Notes: generated by a model from the sequence alone, not told the origin. DNA of 64,000 bases from an uncultured Peptostreptococcaceae bacterium (GCA_963521605.1 CAUQVF010000007.1:8388-72387); one strand, 5' to 3'. Numbered from the stretch's first letter, positions 47,898-58,229 are shown. Numbers and translations are program-made.

Positions 47898-50126
47898 ATG
47901 AATACATTGATTGAAAACCTGATTCAAAAAGTGAAGACCTACAATCCCGAAGCTGACGTGTCCATAATAGAAAAGGCATTTGAATATGCAAAATCTAAAC
48001 ACGAGGGACAGGTACGACGCTCAGGTGAAAAATATATAATACATCCTGTGGAAGTAGCCAACATACTTGCAGAACTGGAATTGGACGTAGAGTCAATAGC
48101 TGCCGGACTGATGCATGACGTTGTAGAAGATACAGAAGTAACCAATGATCAGATGAAATCCATGTTTGGGGAGGAGATAGCCAAACTTGTGGACGGAGTT
48201 ACCAAGCTCGGCAAAATTGCCTACAAGACCAAGGAAGAAAATCAAGCCGAAAATCTAAGAAAGATGTTTATGGCAATGGGTGATGACATAAGAGTCGTAC
48301 TTATAAAACTCGCAGACAGACTGCATAATATGCGTACACTCAAGTTTATGCCACCATATAAGGCTGTAATCAAGTCCAAAGAAACCTTGGAGATATTTGC
48401 TCCAATTGCTGAAAGATTAGGTATATTTAAGATAAAATGGGAGATGGAGGACATTGCCCTTAGATATATCGAGCCTGATTTTTACTTTGACATGCGCAGA
48501 CAGATAATGAGGAGACTTTATCAAAGAGAATCCTATATATCAGATATGATTGACTTCCTCAAGGAAACTCTTGCAAAAGAGATACCGAATAACCATTTTG
48601 AAATATACGGTAGAGAAAAAAATCTTTACAGCATCTATAAAAAGATGAAATTTAAAAACAAGGCATTTGAAGAAATCTATGATTTCTTGGCAATAAGAGT
48701 CATAGTTCAAACTAAGGCAGAATGTTATTGGGTCTTAGGAATAGTACACGGTATGTGGAAGCCTATACCTGACAGAAACAAAGACTATATCGGCAATCCT
48801 AAGGTAAATAATTACCAGTCACTCCATACTACAGTATTTGGTCCTGGCGGAGAGCTTGTAGAAGTACAGATACGTACTGAAGAAATGCACAAGACTGCTG
48901 AGTACGGTATAGCTGCCCACTGGAAATACAAACAAGGTAAGATAGATCCTCATGAGTCTGAAATGGACAAGAAACTTGCCTGGCTAAGACAGATTATGGA
49001 CTGGCAAAAAGAAGTGACAGACCCTGATGAGTATATGAAGTCGCTTAAAACAGACCTCTACTCTCATCAAGTCTTTGTCTTTACTCCAAAAGGGGATATA
49101 ATTGAATTGCCTGCCGGCTCTACTCCTATAGACATGGCGTATAAGATACACACCAATGTAGGAAATAAATGTGTAGGGGCAAAGATAAACAATAAGATAG
49201 TACCGCTGGACACAGAACTCAAGAATGGACAGATAGTTGAGATAATGACCTCTGCAAATTCAAAGGGTCCAAGTCGTGACTGGCTTAACATCGTTCAATC
49301 TTCACACACTAAATCCAAGATAAAACAATGGTTTAAAAAGGAAAAACGTGAAGAAAATATTGAAAAAGGTAGAGAGCTCCTTGAAAGCACTGTAAAAAAA
49401 CTCGGATATCCGATTGCAGACTTCTTAAGAAACAAAGCCTTACAAGCTGTAGAAAAACATCTTTCTCAGCCTAATGACGAAGAACTCTATGCAGCAATAG
49501 GCTACGGCGGACTTACCATGAATCAGGTAATGATTAAGCTCAAAGAAATTTTCGAAAAAGATTTTGCTGATAAGATAAAGGAAATGAAAGAAAAGCAACT
49601 CGAAGAGCTTAGAGAAAAACAAAAAGAAGCCCAATCAAAAAAAGAAATCAAGCAGGAAAGATATAAAAATAGTAAGCAACTTGTCAATGTAACAGGATTG
49701 GATAATATCTTGACCAGACTTGCAAAATGCTGTAATCCTATACCAGGAGATGACATAGTCGGCTATATTACAAAAGACAGAGGAGTAACTGTACACAGAA
49801 GCGACTGCACTAATGTAGTAAGAGATAGGGTAAACTCTAATAAGGAACTTATAGAAGTACACTGGAACAATGTTGGAGAAAGCAATATTTTCGATGTTGA
49901 AGTACAAATCAAGGCTTACAACAGACCTGACCTTATATATGATATAAGCAGTTTGTTTAAGACTGAAAAAGTTAATATCTTGGCGCTTAATACGAGAAAA
50001 ATTGAAAGAAGTACTGCAACAATGGACTTATCCTTTGAAGTGAAAACTAAAGAACAGATGAAAAAGATAATTCATAAATTAAAAGCAATAGAAGATGTAC
50101 ACGAAGTATATAGGATATCAAAGTAA
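47898..50126 (+). CDS. relA: Bifunctional (p)ppGpp synthetase/hydrolase, RelA/SpoT (Rel) family
   Basis: 742 aa with an HD hydrolase domain (HPVEVA...HDVVEDT), a synthetase domain, a TGS domain (VFVFTPKGDIIELPAGSTPIDMAY) and a C-terminal ACT domain. The start is possibly TTG 47907, which has better spacing from AAAGGGG. Confidence 0.95.
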   Translation: MNTLIENLIQKVKTYNPEADVSIIEKAFEYAKSKHEGQVRRSGEKYIIHPVEVANILAELELDVESIAAGLMHDVVEDTEVTNDQMKSMFGEEIAKLVDGVTKLGKIAYKTKEENQAENLRKMFMAMGDDIRVVLIKLADRLHNMRTLKFMPPYKAVIKSKETLEIFAPIAERLGIFKIKWEMEDIALRYIEPDFYFDMRRQIMRRLYQRESYISDMIDFLKETLAKEIPNNHFEIYGREKNLYSIYKKMKFKNKAFEEIYDFLAIRVIVQTKAECYWVLGIVHGMWKPIPDRNKDYIGNPKVNNYQSLHTTVFGPGGELVEVQIRTEEMHKTAEYGIAAHWKYKQGKIDPHESEMDKKLAWLRQIMDWQKEVTDPDEYMKSLKTDLYSHQVFVFTPKGDIIELPAGSTPIDMAYKIHTNVGNKCVGAKINNKIVPLDTELKNGQIVEIMTSANSKGPSRDWLNIVQSSHTKSKIKQWFKKEKREENIEKGRELLESTVKKLGYPIADFLRNKALQAVEKHLSQPNDEELYAAIGYGGLTMNQVMIKLKEIFEKDFADKIKEMKEKQLEELREKQKEAQSKKEIKQERYKNSKQLVNVTGLDNILTRLAKCCNPIPGDDIVGYITKDRGVTVHRSDCTNVVRDRVNSNKELIEVHWNNVGESNIFDVEVQIKAYNRPDLIYDISSLFKTEKVNILALNTRKIERSTATMDLSFEVKTKEQMKKIIHKLKAIEDVHEVYRISK

Positions 50127-50147
50127 TTTTGATATCCTATATTTTTT
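50112..50147 (+). terminator. Intrinsic terminator of recJ-apt-relA (hairpin spans the relA stop codon)
   Basis: AGGATATCAAA-loop-TTTGATATCCT followed by ATATTTTTT. Confidence 0.7.
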
Positions 50148-50273
50148 GATAAAATAAATCGCATTATACAAGTGCTACAAATTTTAATTTTATTATCAAT
50201 ATTTTTTTCTTTTTTTATCTTAAAATTAATATTTTTCTTAATTTAACGTTTTATAATAAATAAAATAAAAATA

Positions 50274-50302
50274 TTGTATTTCTTTAAAAATAGGTGTATA
50301 AT
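50274..50302 (+). promoter_or_regulatory. Candidate sigma-A promoter of the FMN riboswitch leader
   Basis: TTGTAT-17 nt-TATAAT, ~20 nt upstream of the aptamer. Confidence 0.5.
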
Positions 50303-50324
50303 TTTCACATAAAAATAAATATTG

Positions 50325-50440
50325 TTTTTCTTCGGGGCAGGGTGAGATTCCCTACCGGTGGTTACAGCCCACGAGCCTTATAGGCATGATTTGGTGAAAT
50401 TCCAAAGCCGACAGTATAGTCTGGATGTGAGAAGATAAAT
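50325..50440 (+). promoter_or_regulatory. FMN riboswitch (RFN element) aptamer
   Basis: Conserved core: CTTCGGGGCAGGGTGAGATTCCCTACCGGTGGT...AGCCCACGAGC...GATTTGGTGAAATTCCAAAGCCGACAGT..AGTCTGGATG..GAAGA. P1 pairs TCTTC with GAAGA. Confidence 0.9.
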
Positions 50441-50483
50441 ACGCAAGTTTGACTTGTTTGATATTTTGATTGCGAAAAAACAG

Positions 50484-50515
50484 CTCTGAAATGTGATACA
50501 TTTCAGAGTTTTTTT
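50484..50515 (+). terminator. Riboswitch expression-platform terminator
   Basis: CTCTGAAATGT-GAT-ACATTTCAGAG followed by TTTTTTT. Confidence 0.75.
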
Positions 50516-50541
50516 ATTAGACTTTCAGTCTATTATCCATT

Positions 50542-50575
50542 AACCCCGAAAGATATTTGGGGTTTATTTATTTTT
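50542..50575 (+). terminator. Second terminator-like hairpin downstream of the riboswitch
   Basis: AACCCC-11 nt loop-GGGGTT followed by TATTTATTTTT. Confidence 0.5.
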
Positions 50576-50883
50576 ATCACATAATTTATTAATACTGATG
50601 TTAAATTTGTAAATGAGATTTATTAAGTATTATATTTTTACTATATTACTTATGCTGATAATTAACAAAACAATTGAAAAATTCACTTTTTAATACTCTA
50701 AATTAATTATAAGAAAATCAAAGAATAAATTTTTCAATGTATACTAATCACTATTTATAATTCCAAGCATTTATTACTAATAACATTACAGTTTTTGAAT
50801 TATTGGCTATCTTACTGTAATACAATTATATAAATATTTAGTAGATTTTTAGTATAGTAAACAGATAATAAGAAAGGAGCTTT

Positions 50884-51987
50884 ATGTTTAAAAATTTTGA
50901 CGAAACTTATATGAGACTTGCCATAGACCTTGCTAAGAGAGGAATAGGAAAGACATCACCTAACCCCATAGTAGGAGCAGTTATAGTAAAAGACAATCAA
51001 ATAATAGCCAGAGGATGGCATGAGAAATATGGTGAAGCACACGCTGAAGCAAATGCCTTAGCCAATTGTCAGGTATCTCCAAAAGGAGCAACTATGTATG
51101 TAACACTTGAGCCTTGTTGCCACTATGGGAAACAAGCTCCTTGTACTTCAAAAATAATTGAATCAGGTATTTCCCATGTTGTAATCGGCTCATCTGATCC
51201 CAATCCTAAGGTAAGCGGAAAGGGTATTGAAATATTAAAAAACAGCGGAATCAAAGTTACAGAATCAGTCCTAAAAAAAGAATGTGACGAACTAAATACA
51301 GTATTCTTCCACTACATCAAGAACAATACCCCCTATGTAATTTTAAAGTATGCAATGACTGCAGACGGAAAGATTGCCACATATACAGGACAGTCAAAGT
51401 GGATTACAGGCGATAAGGCAAGGGAGCAGGTACATAGAGATAGGAATAGATACTCTGCAATTATGGTCGGAGTTGGAACTGTTATAGAGGATAACCCTAT
51501 GTTGAATTGCAGAATTGAAGACGGCAATAATCCGCTAAGGATAATATGTGACACTAATCTTAGAACTCCACTTAACTCCAATGTAGTAAAAACAGCAAGA
51601 GACATCCCTACAATTATTGCTACAGCCTCAAAAGACTATGAAAGATGGAAGGAGTATGAGGCTCAAGCTTGCAGCTTATTAAAAATATCAAAGGAAGGTG
51701 ATGCTATAAATCTCGCCGACTTAATGAAAGCCTTGGGTCAAATGAAGATAGACAGCGTAATAGTAGAAGGAGGTGCAAATCTCAACTGGTCTATCTTAAA
51801 AGCGTCATTAATGAATAAAATACAGGTATATGTCGGTGCAAAGCTCTTTGGTGGAGTAAATGCCAAAACTCCTATTTCCGGAGAGGGTCTTGCCCTTCCC
51901 AATCAGTCGGTAAAAATGAAACTATCAAGTATCAGTCAGTTTGATGATGACTGTTTGCTTGAATATGAAGTTTATAAGGAGGACTAA
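50884..51987 (+). CDS. ribD: Bifunctional riboflavin biosynthesis deaminase/reductase RibD
   Basis: 367 aa with the CMP/dCMP deaminase zinc motifs HAEANAL and PCCHYGKQAPC, plus a C-terminal reductase domain. AAAGGAG RBS. Confidence 0.95.
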   Translation: MFKNFDETYMRLAIDLAKRGIGKTSPNPIVGAVIVKDNQIIARGWHEKYGEAHAEANALANCQVSPKGATMYVTLEPCCHYGKQAPCTSKIIESGISHVVIGSSDPNPKVSGKGIEILKNSGIKVTESVLKKECDELNTVFFHYIKNNTPYVILKYAMTADGKIATYTGQSKWITGDKAREQVHRDRNRYSAIMVGVGTVIEDNPMLNCRIEDGNNPLRIICDTNLRTPLNSNVVKTARDIPTIIATASKDYERWKEYEAQACSLLKISKEGDAINLADLMKALGQMKIDSVIVEGGANLNWSILKASLMNKIQVYVGAKLFGGVNAKTPISGEGLALPNQSVKMKLSSISQFDDDCLLEYEVYKED

Positions 51988-52655
51988 TGTTTACAGGTAT
52001 AGTTGAAGAAACAGGCAAGATATCTTCTATAAAAAGAGGTAGTAATTCTGCTATTTTAAGCATTTCCGCAAACAAGATATTGGAAGATATACACATAGGA
52101 GACAGCATTGCTGTAAATGGAATCTGTCTCACTGTTACAAGCTTTAATAAGCAATTTTTCTCTGCAGATGTTATGCACGAGACAATTAGACGATCCTCAC
52201 TATCAAATATGGATATTGGTGCTTATGTCAATTTAGAAAGAGCAATGCCTATAGGAGGCAGATTTGGAGGGCATATCGTATCCGGCCACATAGACGGTAC
52301 CGGAGAGATTACATATATCCAAAGAGATGATAATGCCATCTTATATACGATTAAAGCTGAGCCTAAGATAATCAGATATATAGTCGAAAAAGGCTCTATT
52401 ACTATTGACGGTATGAGCTTAACTGTTGTAAGTGTCCAAGAAGATCAGTTTATCATATCTGCTATTCCTCATACAGTAGATATAACTATATTAAAGTATC
52501 GCAAGCTTGGAGATAAGGTTAATTTGGAAGTGGATATAGTTGGGAAGTATATAGAGCGCTTCTTATCAGATAATCTTAAAACTGATAATTCTTTTGTTGA
52601 AGATAGGAAGTCAACAACTATCACAAGAGAATTCCTTCATAAATACAACTTTTAA
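51987..52655 (+). CDS. ribE: Riboflavin synthase (alpha chain)
   Basis: 222 aa beginning MFTGIVEETG, with duplicated lumazine-binding repeats (GDSIAVNGICLTV / GSITIDGMSLTV). Confidence 0.95.
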   Translation: MFTGIVEETGKISSIKRGSNSAILSISANKILEDIHIGDSIAVNGICLTVTSFNKQFFSADVMHETIRRSSLSNMDIGAYVNLERAMPIGGRFGGHIVSGHIDGTGEITYIQRDDNAILYTIKAEPKIIRYIVEKGSITIDGMSLTVVSVQEDQFIISAIPHTVDITILKYRKLGDKVNLEVDIVGKYIERFLSDNLKTDNSFVEDRKSTTITREFLHKYNF

Positions 52656-52808
52656 CTAATGTTTAAAAAGTATTTTTACTCAAACTATATGTAATTTTGT
52701 TTTTAATTATTTTTCAATAATATTAAACATAGAAATATTTTTCTATAGATGAATCAGCTAAAAAACATAATATGATTTTTATTAATTTTTTATATAAGGA
52801 GAAGAAAA

Positions 52809-54008
52809 ATGAGTCAACTTAATACAATTCAAGAAGCATTGGAAGAATTGAAAAATGGAAAATTGATTTTGGTAGTGGATGATGAAGATCGTGAAAATGA
52901 AGGAGATTTTATCTGCGCAGCAGAGTTTGCAACAACTCAAAACATCAATTTTATGGCTACACATGGCAAGGGCTTGATATGTATGCCTATGTCAAGAAAA
53001 TATGTGGAAAAGTTACAGATTCCTCAGATGGTTTCCAACAACACTGACAATCACGAAACAGCTTTTACAGTATCTATTGACCACGTTGATACTACAACTG
53101 GAATATCGGCTGCAGAGCGTTCCATTACTGCGATGAAATGCGTTGACGATAATGCAAAAGCGGAAGATTTTAGAAGACCCGGACATATGTTCCCTCTCTT
53201 AGCAAAGAAAAACGGAGTTTTAGAGAGAAACGGTCATACTGAGGCAACGGTAGACTTGATGAGATTGGCAGGATTAAAGGAAGTAGGACTTTGCTGCGAG
53301 ATTATGCAAGATGACGGAACTATGATGAGATTGCCTGCACTTATGGAATTGGCAGATAAATGGAAGATTAAAATAATATCAATCAAGGATTTACAAAGCT
53401 ATCGCAAGAGATTTGAAAAATTGGTCGATGCTGTTACTAAGAATAAAATGCCTACTAAATACGGAGAATTCACGGCTTACGGCTATGTAAACAGATTAAA
53501 CGGTGAACATCATGTAGCCTTGGTTAAGGGAGATATAGGAGATGGAAAGGACGTCCTTTGCAGAGTCCACTCAGAGTGTTTGACAGGCGATACTTTCGGT
53601 TCACTGCGTTGTGATTGTGGAGAGCAATTCGCTTCAGCCATGACACAGATAGAAAAGGAAGGTCGTGGCATACTACTTTATATGAGACAGGAAGGCAGGG
53701 GCATAGGACTGATTAATAAATTAAAGGCATATGAATTACAAGAGCAAGGCATGGACACCTTAGAGGCAAATCTTGCACTTGGCTTTGCCGGAGATGAAAG
53801 AGAGTATTATATAGGAGCTCAAATACTTAGAGACCTAGGAGTTAAGACATTACGATTACTGACAAATAATCCGGATAAGGTCTATCAGTTAGCTGATTTC
53901 GGTTTGGAGATATCAGAGCGTGTTCCTATCAAAATTCAGCCTACTGTCTATGATTTATTCTATTTGCAGACAAAACAGGACAAAATGGGACATATACTGA
54001 ATTATTAA
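52809..54008 (+). CDS. ribBA: Bifunctional 3,4-dihydroxy-2-butanone-4-phosphate synthase / GTP cyclohydrolase II
   Basis: 399 aa with [12 protein letters not shown] (DHBPS) and [20 protein letters not shown] (GCH II). Confidence 0.95.
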   Translation: MSQLNTIQEALEELKNGKLILVVDDEDRENEGDFICAAEFATTQNINFMATHGKGLICMPMSRKYVEKLQIPQMVSNNTDNHETAFTVSIDHVDTTTGISAAERSITAMKCVDDNAKAEDFRRPGHMFPLLAKKNGVLERNGHTEATVDLMRLAGLKEVGLCCEIMQDDGTMMRLPALMELADKWKIKIISIKDLQSYRKRFEKLVDAVTKNKMPTKYGEFTAYGYVNRLNGEHHVALVKGDIGDGKDVLCRVHSECLTGDTFGSLRCDCGEQFASAMTQIEKEGRGILLYMRQEGRGIGLINKLKAYELQEQGMDTLEANLALGFAGDEREYYIGAQILRDLGVKTLRLLTNNPDKVYQLADFGLEISERVPIKIQPTVYDLFYLQTKQDKMGHILNY

Positions 54009-54130
54009 AAGGACTTATCATAGTATCGTATTTAGTATTGACTTTAGCCTACGATAATAAAGTTATTTTTTCAATCAAGTAAATATATATTATTATAAAT
54101 TTTATCTACTAAAAATTAAGGAGAATACAA

Positions 54131-54595
54131 ATGAAAAAATTTGAAGGTAAATTAGTATCAAAGGGAGCAAAAATTGGAATAGTTGCAGCAAGATTTAACG
54201 AGTTTATTACTGCAAAATTATTATCAGGAGCAATGGACGGATTGCTTCGTCACGATGTAAAAGAGGACGATGTAGATGTTGCATGGGTTCCCGGAGCATT
54301 CGAGATTCCGCTTATAGCAAGTAAGATGGCAAGAAGTGGACGATATGACGCAGTAATATGCTTAGGAGCTGTCATTCGTGGAAGCACTACTCATTATGAC
54401 TATGTATGCAATGAGGTATCCAAAGGAATAGCACATACTTCACTTGAAACAGGAATACCTGTAATGTTTGGAATATTGACAACGGAAAATATAGAACAGG
54501 CAATAGAGCGTGCAGGAACAAAGGCAGGTAACAAGGGCTATGACTGCGCTTTATCAGCAATAGAGATGATAAATCTAATAAAGGAAATATCTTAA
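54131..54595 (+). CDS. ribH: 6,7-dimethyl-8-ribityllumazine synthase
   Basis: 154 aa with [17 protein letters not shown]......H.V.......[10 protein letters not shown]. Confidence 0.95.
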   Translation: MKKFEGKLVSKGAKIGIVAARFNEFITAKLLSGAMDGLLRHDVKEDDVDVAWVPGAFEIPLIASKMARSGRYDAVICLGAVIRGSTTHYDYVCNEVSKGIAHTSLETGIPVMFGILTTENIEQAIERAGTKAGNKGYDCALSAIEMINLIKEIS

Positions 54596-54764
54596 TCTAA
54601 ACATTCGTATACACATTTAGAAATAATATATTTTCAATTTGGAATCATAAGTAGCCAAATAATTCGATATTGATAATTATAATACAACATTGATTATTTT
54701 CTTTGATTTAGTTATACTTAAAATAGTACTATAATATTTCTTTTATTTTATAATTGGAGTTTTT

Positions 54765-55355
54765 ATGGATAATTTTATTGAAGAACTAAAAAAAGAAATA
54801 ATATCAGATGAGCAAAATCTTGAATTTACAAAACAGGGACAAAAGCCTTTATTTGACATATATACTAATTCTCGCATTCTTGTAGTAGGTCAAGCTCCGG
54901 GGATAAAGGCAATGGAAAGTGGAAAATGCTGGAACGATCAAAGTGGGAAAAACCTGAGAAATTGGATGGGAATTAATGAGGATGTTTTTTACAATTCAGG
55001 CTTAATTGGTATCGTACCCATGGACTTTTATTATCCTGGAAAAGGGAAAAGCGGTGATTTACCACCGAGAAAGGGCTTTGCTCAAAAGTGGCATACGAAA
55101 ATTCTTGAGCATTATGATAATATAAAGCTCATAATATTGGTTGGATCCTACTCACAAAATTACTATCTTAAAAAAAATAAGAAAAAAACATTAACTGAAA
55201 CTGTAAAAAACTACAAAGATTACCTACCTACTTACTTTCCCGTAGTTCACCCTTCGCCAAGAAATATCATATGGCAAATCAAAAATCCTTGGTTTGAAGC
55301 TAAAGTAGTGCCTGCTCTAAGAGCTGAAGTTAAGAAAATATTAGATGAAAAGTAA
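54765..55355 (+). CDS. Uracil-DNA glycosylase superfamily protein
   Basis: 196 aa with a UDG-fold motif A-like VVGQAPG and motif B-like VVHPSPRN. The subfamily is not resolved from sequence alone. Confidence 0.75.
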   Translation: MDNFIEELKKEIISDEQNLEFTKQGQKPLFDIYTNSRILVVGQAPGIKAMESGKCWNDQSGKNLRNWMGINEDVFYNSGLIGIVPMDFYYPGKGKSGDLPPRKGFAQKWHTKILEHYDNIKLIILVGSYSQNYYLKKNKKKTLTETVKNYKDYLPTYFPVVHPSPRNIIWQIKNPWFEAKVVPALRAEVKKILDEK

Positions 55356-55417
55356 ATTTTACAAAGATAGTATACTTGTCAAAATATAAATAACTCCTTG
55401 TTTTTTTTATAATCTTA

Positions 55418-55446
55418 TTGCACAAAGAAAGTCCTGATGTTATAAT
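55418..55446 (+). promoter_or_regulatory. Near-consensus sigma-A promoter (extended -10) upstream of the psuK leader
   Basis: TTGCAC-17 nt-TATAAT with TGT immediately 5' of TATAAT (TGTTATAAT). Confidence 0.5.
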
Positions 55447-55454
55447 TTAGTTAC

Positions 55455-55498
55455 AAACTTTGTTTTTAAAAATAATATTATTTTTAAAAACAAAGTTT
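55455..55498. repeat. Perfect 44-bp palindrome (22-bp arms, no spacer)
   Basis: AAACTTTGTTTTTAAAAATAAT|ATTATTTTTAAAAACAAAGTTT, verified base by base. It begins 9 nt after the -10 hexamer at 55441-55446. Confidence 0.95.
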
Positions 55499-55849
55499 CC
55501 GGCATTATAATAGTTCTAATATATCTAAATTCGAAGGTAGCAGTTTTTAAATTGAGATTTTTTTAACCTATTGCTTACTTATATCTATAATATTAAAAAG
55601 TCGTAGTTTATATAATAATCTTAATATCTGTTTACGAGTTTGATTTATTGAACTTTATACTATTACCTATTTAACTTATGGATAATATTTATCAATAGCT
55701 TTTTTAAATGCTATATGATTTACTACTTTATTATAAATTCACCGAAAATATCTTATCCATTATTTTATTAGGTATTAGTATTATATTATTTGCTATAAGA
55801 ACAGTCGATATGTCATCAGACATTTGAGATAATATTAATTTAAAGAAGG

Positions 55850-56947
55850 ATGATAGAAATATTGAAAGAAACTGATAACTCAAAAGCTTTTTTTACAAAG
55901 AAAGGCTCTAATATTTTTAACAAAAAATCATTAGATGCGGAAATGGATAACTGTGCGGTGTCTAATGAAAATGCAGATTATATTGGGATAAGCGATATTG
56001 AAGTGTCGGATACATCCAAAAAGAATTTGATTTTTTGTATAGGTGCTGCTAATGTAGATTATAAGCTTATAATCGAGAACAAAGTGATAATGGAAACTTC
56101 CAATCCTGCACAAAGAATTACTACCTATGGCGGAGTAGCCAGGAATATAGCGGAAAATCTTGCAAGACTTGATGAAGAAGTAGCACTTATGTCAAAAGTA
56201 GGTAATGATCTGGAAGGAACAAATGTAGTCAAAGATGCATCTCCTATAATGCATATCTTTGCTACAGACAGGGACCAAATCTACAATACAGGTACTTATT
56301 TTGCTGTTCTTGATGAAAGCGGAAACCTTGTAATAGGTGTTGCAGATATGAAAATTTGTGACACTATGGATGGAGATTGGATAACAAGCCATGAAGAACA
56401 CATAAAAAAGGCTGATATAATAGTCTGTGATACGAATGTTCAAAAATCTGCTATTGAAAAATTACAAAATATAGATAACAGAAAAATTATTATTATAGGA
56501 GTATCTGTTACTAAAACTGCCCATATCCCTGATAAACTTAAAAATATATACCTGGCAATATTAAACAAAGATGAAGCAACAGCCTATGCAGGTTGCGATA
56601 AATTTGATTTTAAAAATGTATGTGAGAACCTTAAGAAAAAGGGATTGGATAGATGCATAATAACAATGGGAAAAGATGGATGTATCTTCTATGAAGAGAA
56701 ATTATCTCCTATTGTTTTGAAAGCTGAAATGATAAATAATGTAGTTGATGTTACAGGTGCAGGAGATTCATTTTCAGCAGGTGTAATACATGCTTTATCT
56801 AACGACAAATCACTTGAAACGGCGTGTAAATACGGTATGAAAATGGCACAACTAAATTTGAAGTCAGATGAATCTGTAGTAAAAAATATACCTTCGGATA
56901 TCTTTGATAATATTGACGCCTTCTTTGATGTTTCATATGACTATTAA
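55850..56947 (+). CDS. psuK: PfkB-family carbohydrate kinase, probable pseudouridine kinase
   Basis: 365 aa with the ribokinase/PfkB signature DVTGAGDSFSAG and N-terminal IFCIGAANVDY. Paired with psuG downstream. ~55-aa N-terminal extension; start uncertain. Confidence 0.7.
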   Translation: MIEILKETDNSKAFFTKKGSNIFNKKSLDAEMDNCAVSNENADYIGISDIEVSDTSKKNLIFCIGAANVDYKLIIENKVIMETSNPAQRITTYGGVARNIAENLARLDEEVALMSKVGNDLEGTNVVKDASPIMHIFATDRDQIYNTGTYFAVLDESGNLVIGVADMKICDTMDGDWITSHEEHIKKADIIVCDTNVQKSAIEKLQNIDNRKIIIIGVSVTKTAHIPDKLKNIYLAILNKDEATAYAGCDKFDFKNVCENLKKKGLDRCIITMGKDGCIFYEEKLSPIVLKAEMINNVVDVTGAGDSFSAGVIHALSNDKSLETACKYGMKMAQLNLKSDESVVKNIPSDIFDNIDAFFDVSYDY

Positions 56948-57075
56948 GTTTCAATATTATATACTTGACTTAAGACATCAATTTTTTAAAGATAATAAGT
57001 GATTAAGCAAATATAAAACTACACTATCCACACATCGATTCTTTACGATGTAACAATTATAACTTAGGAGATAAA

Positions 57076-58002
57076 ATGAGTAAATTTTTAAAATTCATCG
57101 ATTTTAACGAGGAAGTTCTAAGAGCTATGGAAGAAAAAATGCCGATAGTAGCTCTTGAATCCACTATAATTTCACATGGTATGCCCTACCCTCAAAATAT
57201 AGAAATGGCAAAAAAAGTTGAACAGATAATAAGAGATAACAACGCTGTACCTGCTACAATTGCGATAATAGACGGCAGAATAAAAATAGGTCTTACTGAA
57301 GCCGATTTGCTGACACTTGCGACTGAAAAAGATGTTTCAAAGGTATCAAGACGTGATATGGCAAGTATAATAGCAAATCAAAAGATAGGAGCTACTACAG
57401 TAGCCACTACTATGATATGCGCAAGTATGGCAGGCATCAAATTTTTTGTAACAGGCGGTATAGGTGGAGTCCACAGAGGATTTGAAGAAGATATGGATGT
57501 ATCTGCTGACCTTGAAGAATTGGCAATGACTAATGTTACAGTAATCTGCGCCGGAGCAAAAGCCATACTTGACCTACCAAGAACAATGGAATATCTTGAA
57601 ACTAAAGGGGTGCCTGTAATAGGATATAAAACCCAATTCCTTCCTGCATTTTACACAAGAACATCTGATATCAAGCTAAATTTGACTGCTCTTTCAACAG
57701 AAGAGATAGCAAAAACTTTTCATACCAAAGAAGATCTTGAGCTTAAAGGTGGTGTTCTTGTAGTAAACCCTATCCCTGAAGAACATTCACTTGATGAGAA
57801 ATATATAAACACAATTATAGAAGAAGCGCTTAAGTCTGCTAAGGATGAAAAGGTAAAAGGTAAGGATGTAACACCTTATCTACTTGCCAAAATAGTTGAA
57901 AAAACTGAAGGAAAGAGCCTTGAAGCTAATATCCAACTCGTATATAACAACGCAAAAGTAGGAGCACAAATAGCTTATCAATACAGTAAAATCAGTTTAT
58001 AA
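57076..58002 (+). CDS. psuG: Pseudouridine-5'-phosphate glycosidase
   Basis: 308 aa with VALESTIISHGMPYPQN and GGIGGVHRG...DVSADL, typical of the YeiN/PsuG (IndA) family. Confidence 0.9.
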   Translation: MSKFLKFIDFNEEVLRAMEEKMPIVALESTIISHGMPYPQNIEMAKKVEQIIRDNNAVPATIAIIDGRIKIGLTEADLLTLATEKDVSKVSRRDMASIIANQKIGATTVATTMICASMAGIKFFVTGGIGGVHRGFEEDMDVSADLEELAMTNVTVICAGAKAILDLPRTMEYLETKGVPVIGYKTQFLPAFYTRTSDIKLNLTALSTEEIAKTFHTKEDLELKGGVLVVNPIPEEHSLDEKYINTIIEEALKSAKDEKVKGKDVTPYLLAKIVEKTEGKSLEANIQLVYNNAKVGAQIAYQYSKISL

Positions 58003-58187
58003 TGTTCTTATATTAAATCTATATTTATATTCTAATAATTAATAGAATAATGTATAGCAATGTTTTTAGAGCATTTATAATAAAATCATTTATGAAGCAT
58101 TTTTTAAAAAACTATTTATCTACCGCTATCCATAGATAAAATAGATAATAACAATAAATTACAGTATAATAAGTTCAATATTTTAAA

Positions 58188-58229
58188 GGGTTGTAAAAAT
58201 GAAATTTTCATTCTTACAGCCCTTTTTTT
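58188..58229 (+). terminator. Intrinsic terminator downstream of psuG
   Basis: GGGTTGTAA-loop-TTACAGCCC followed by TTTTTTT, ~185 nt after the psuG stop. Confidence 0.6.

Noticed and set aside
47562-48002. 146-aa minus-strand ORF spanning apt and the relA start.
   Set aside because: It is antisense to two highly conserved genes and has no RBS, so it is a shadow ORF.
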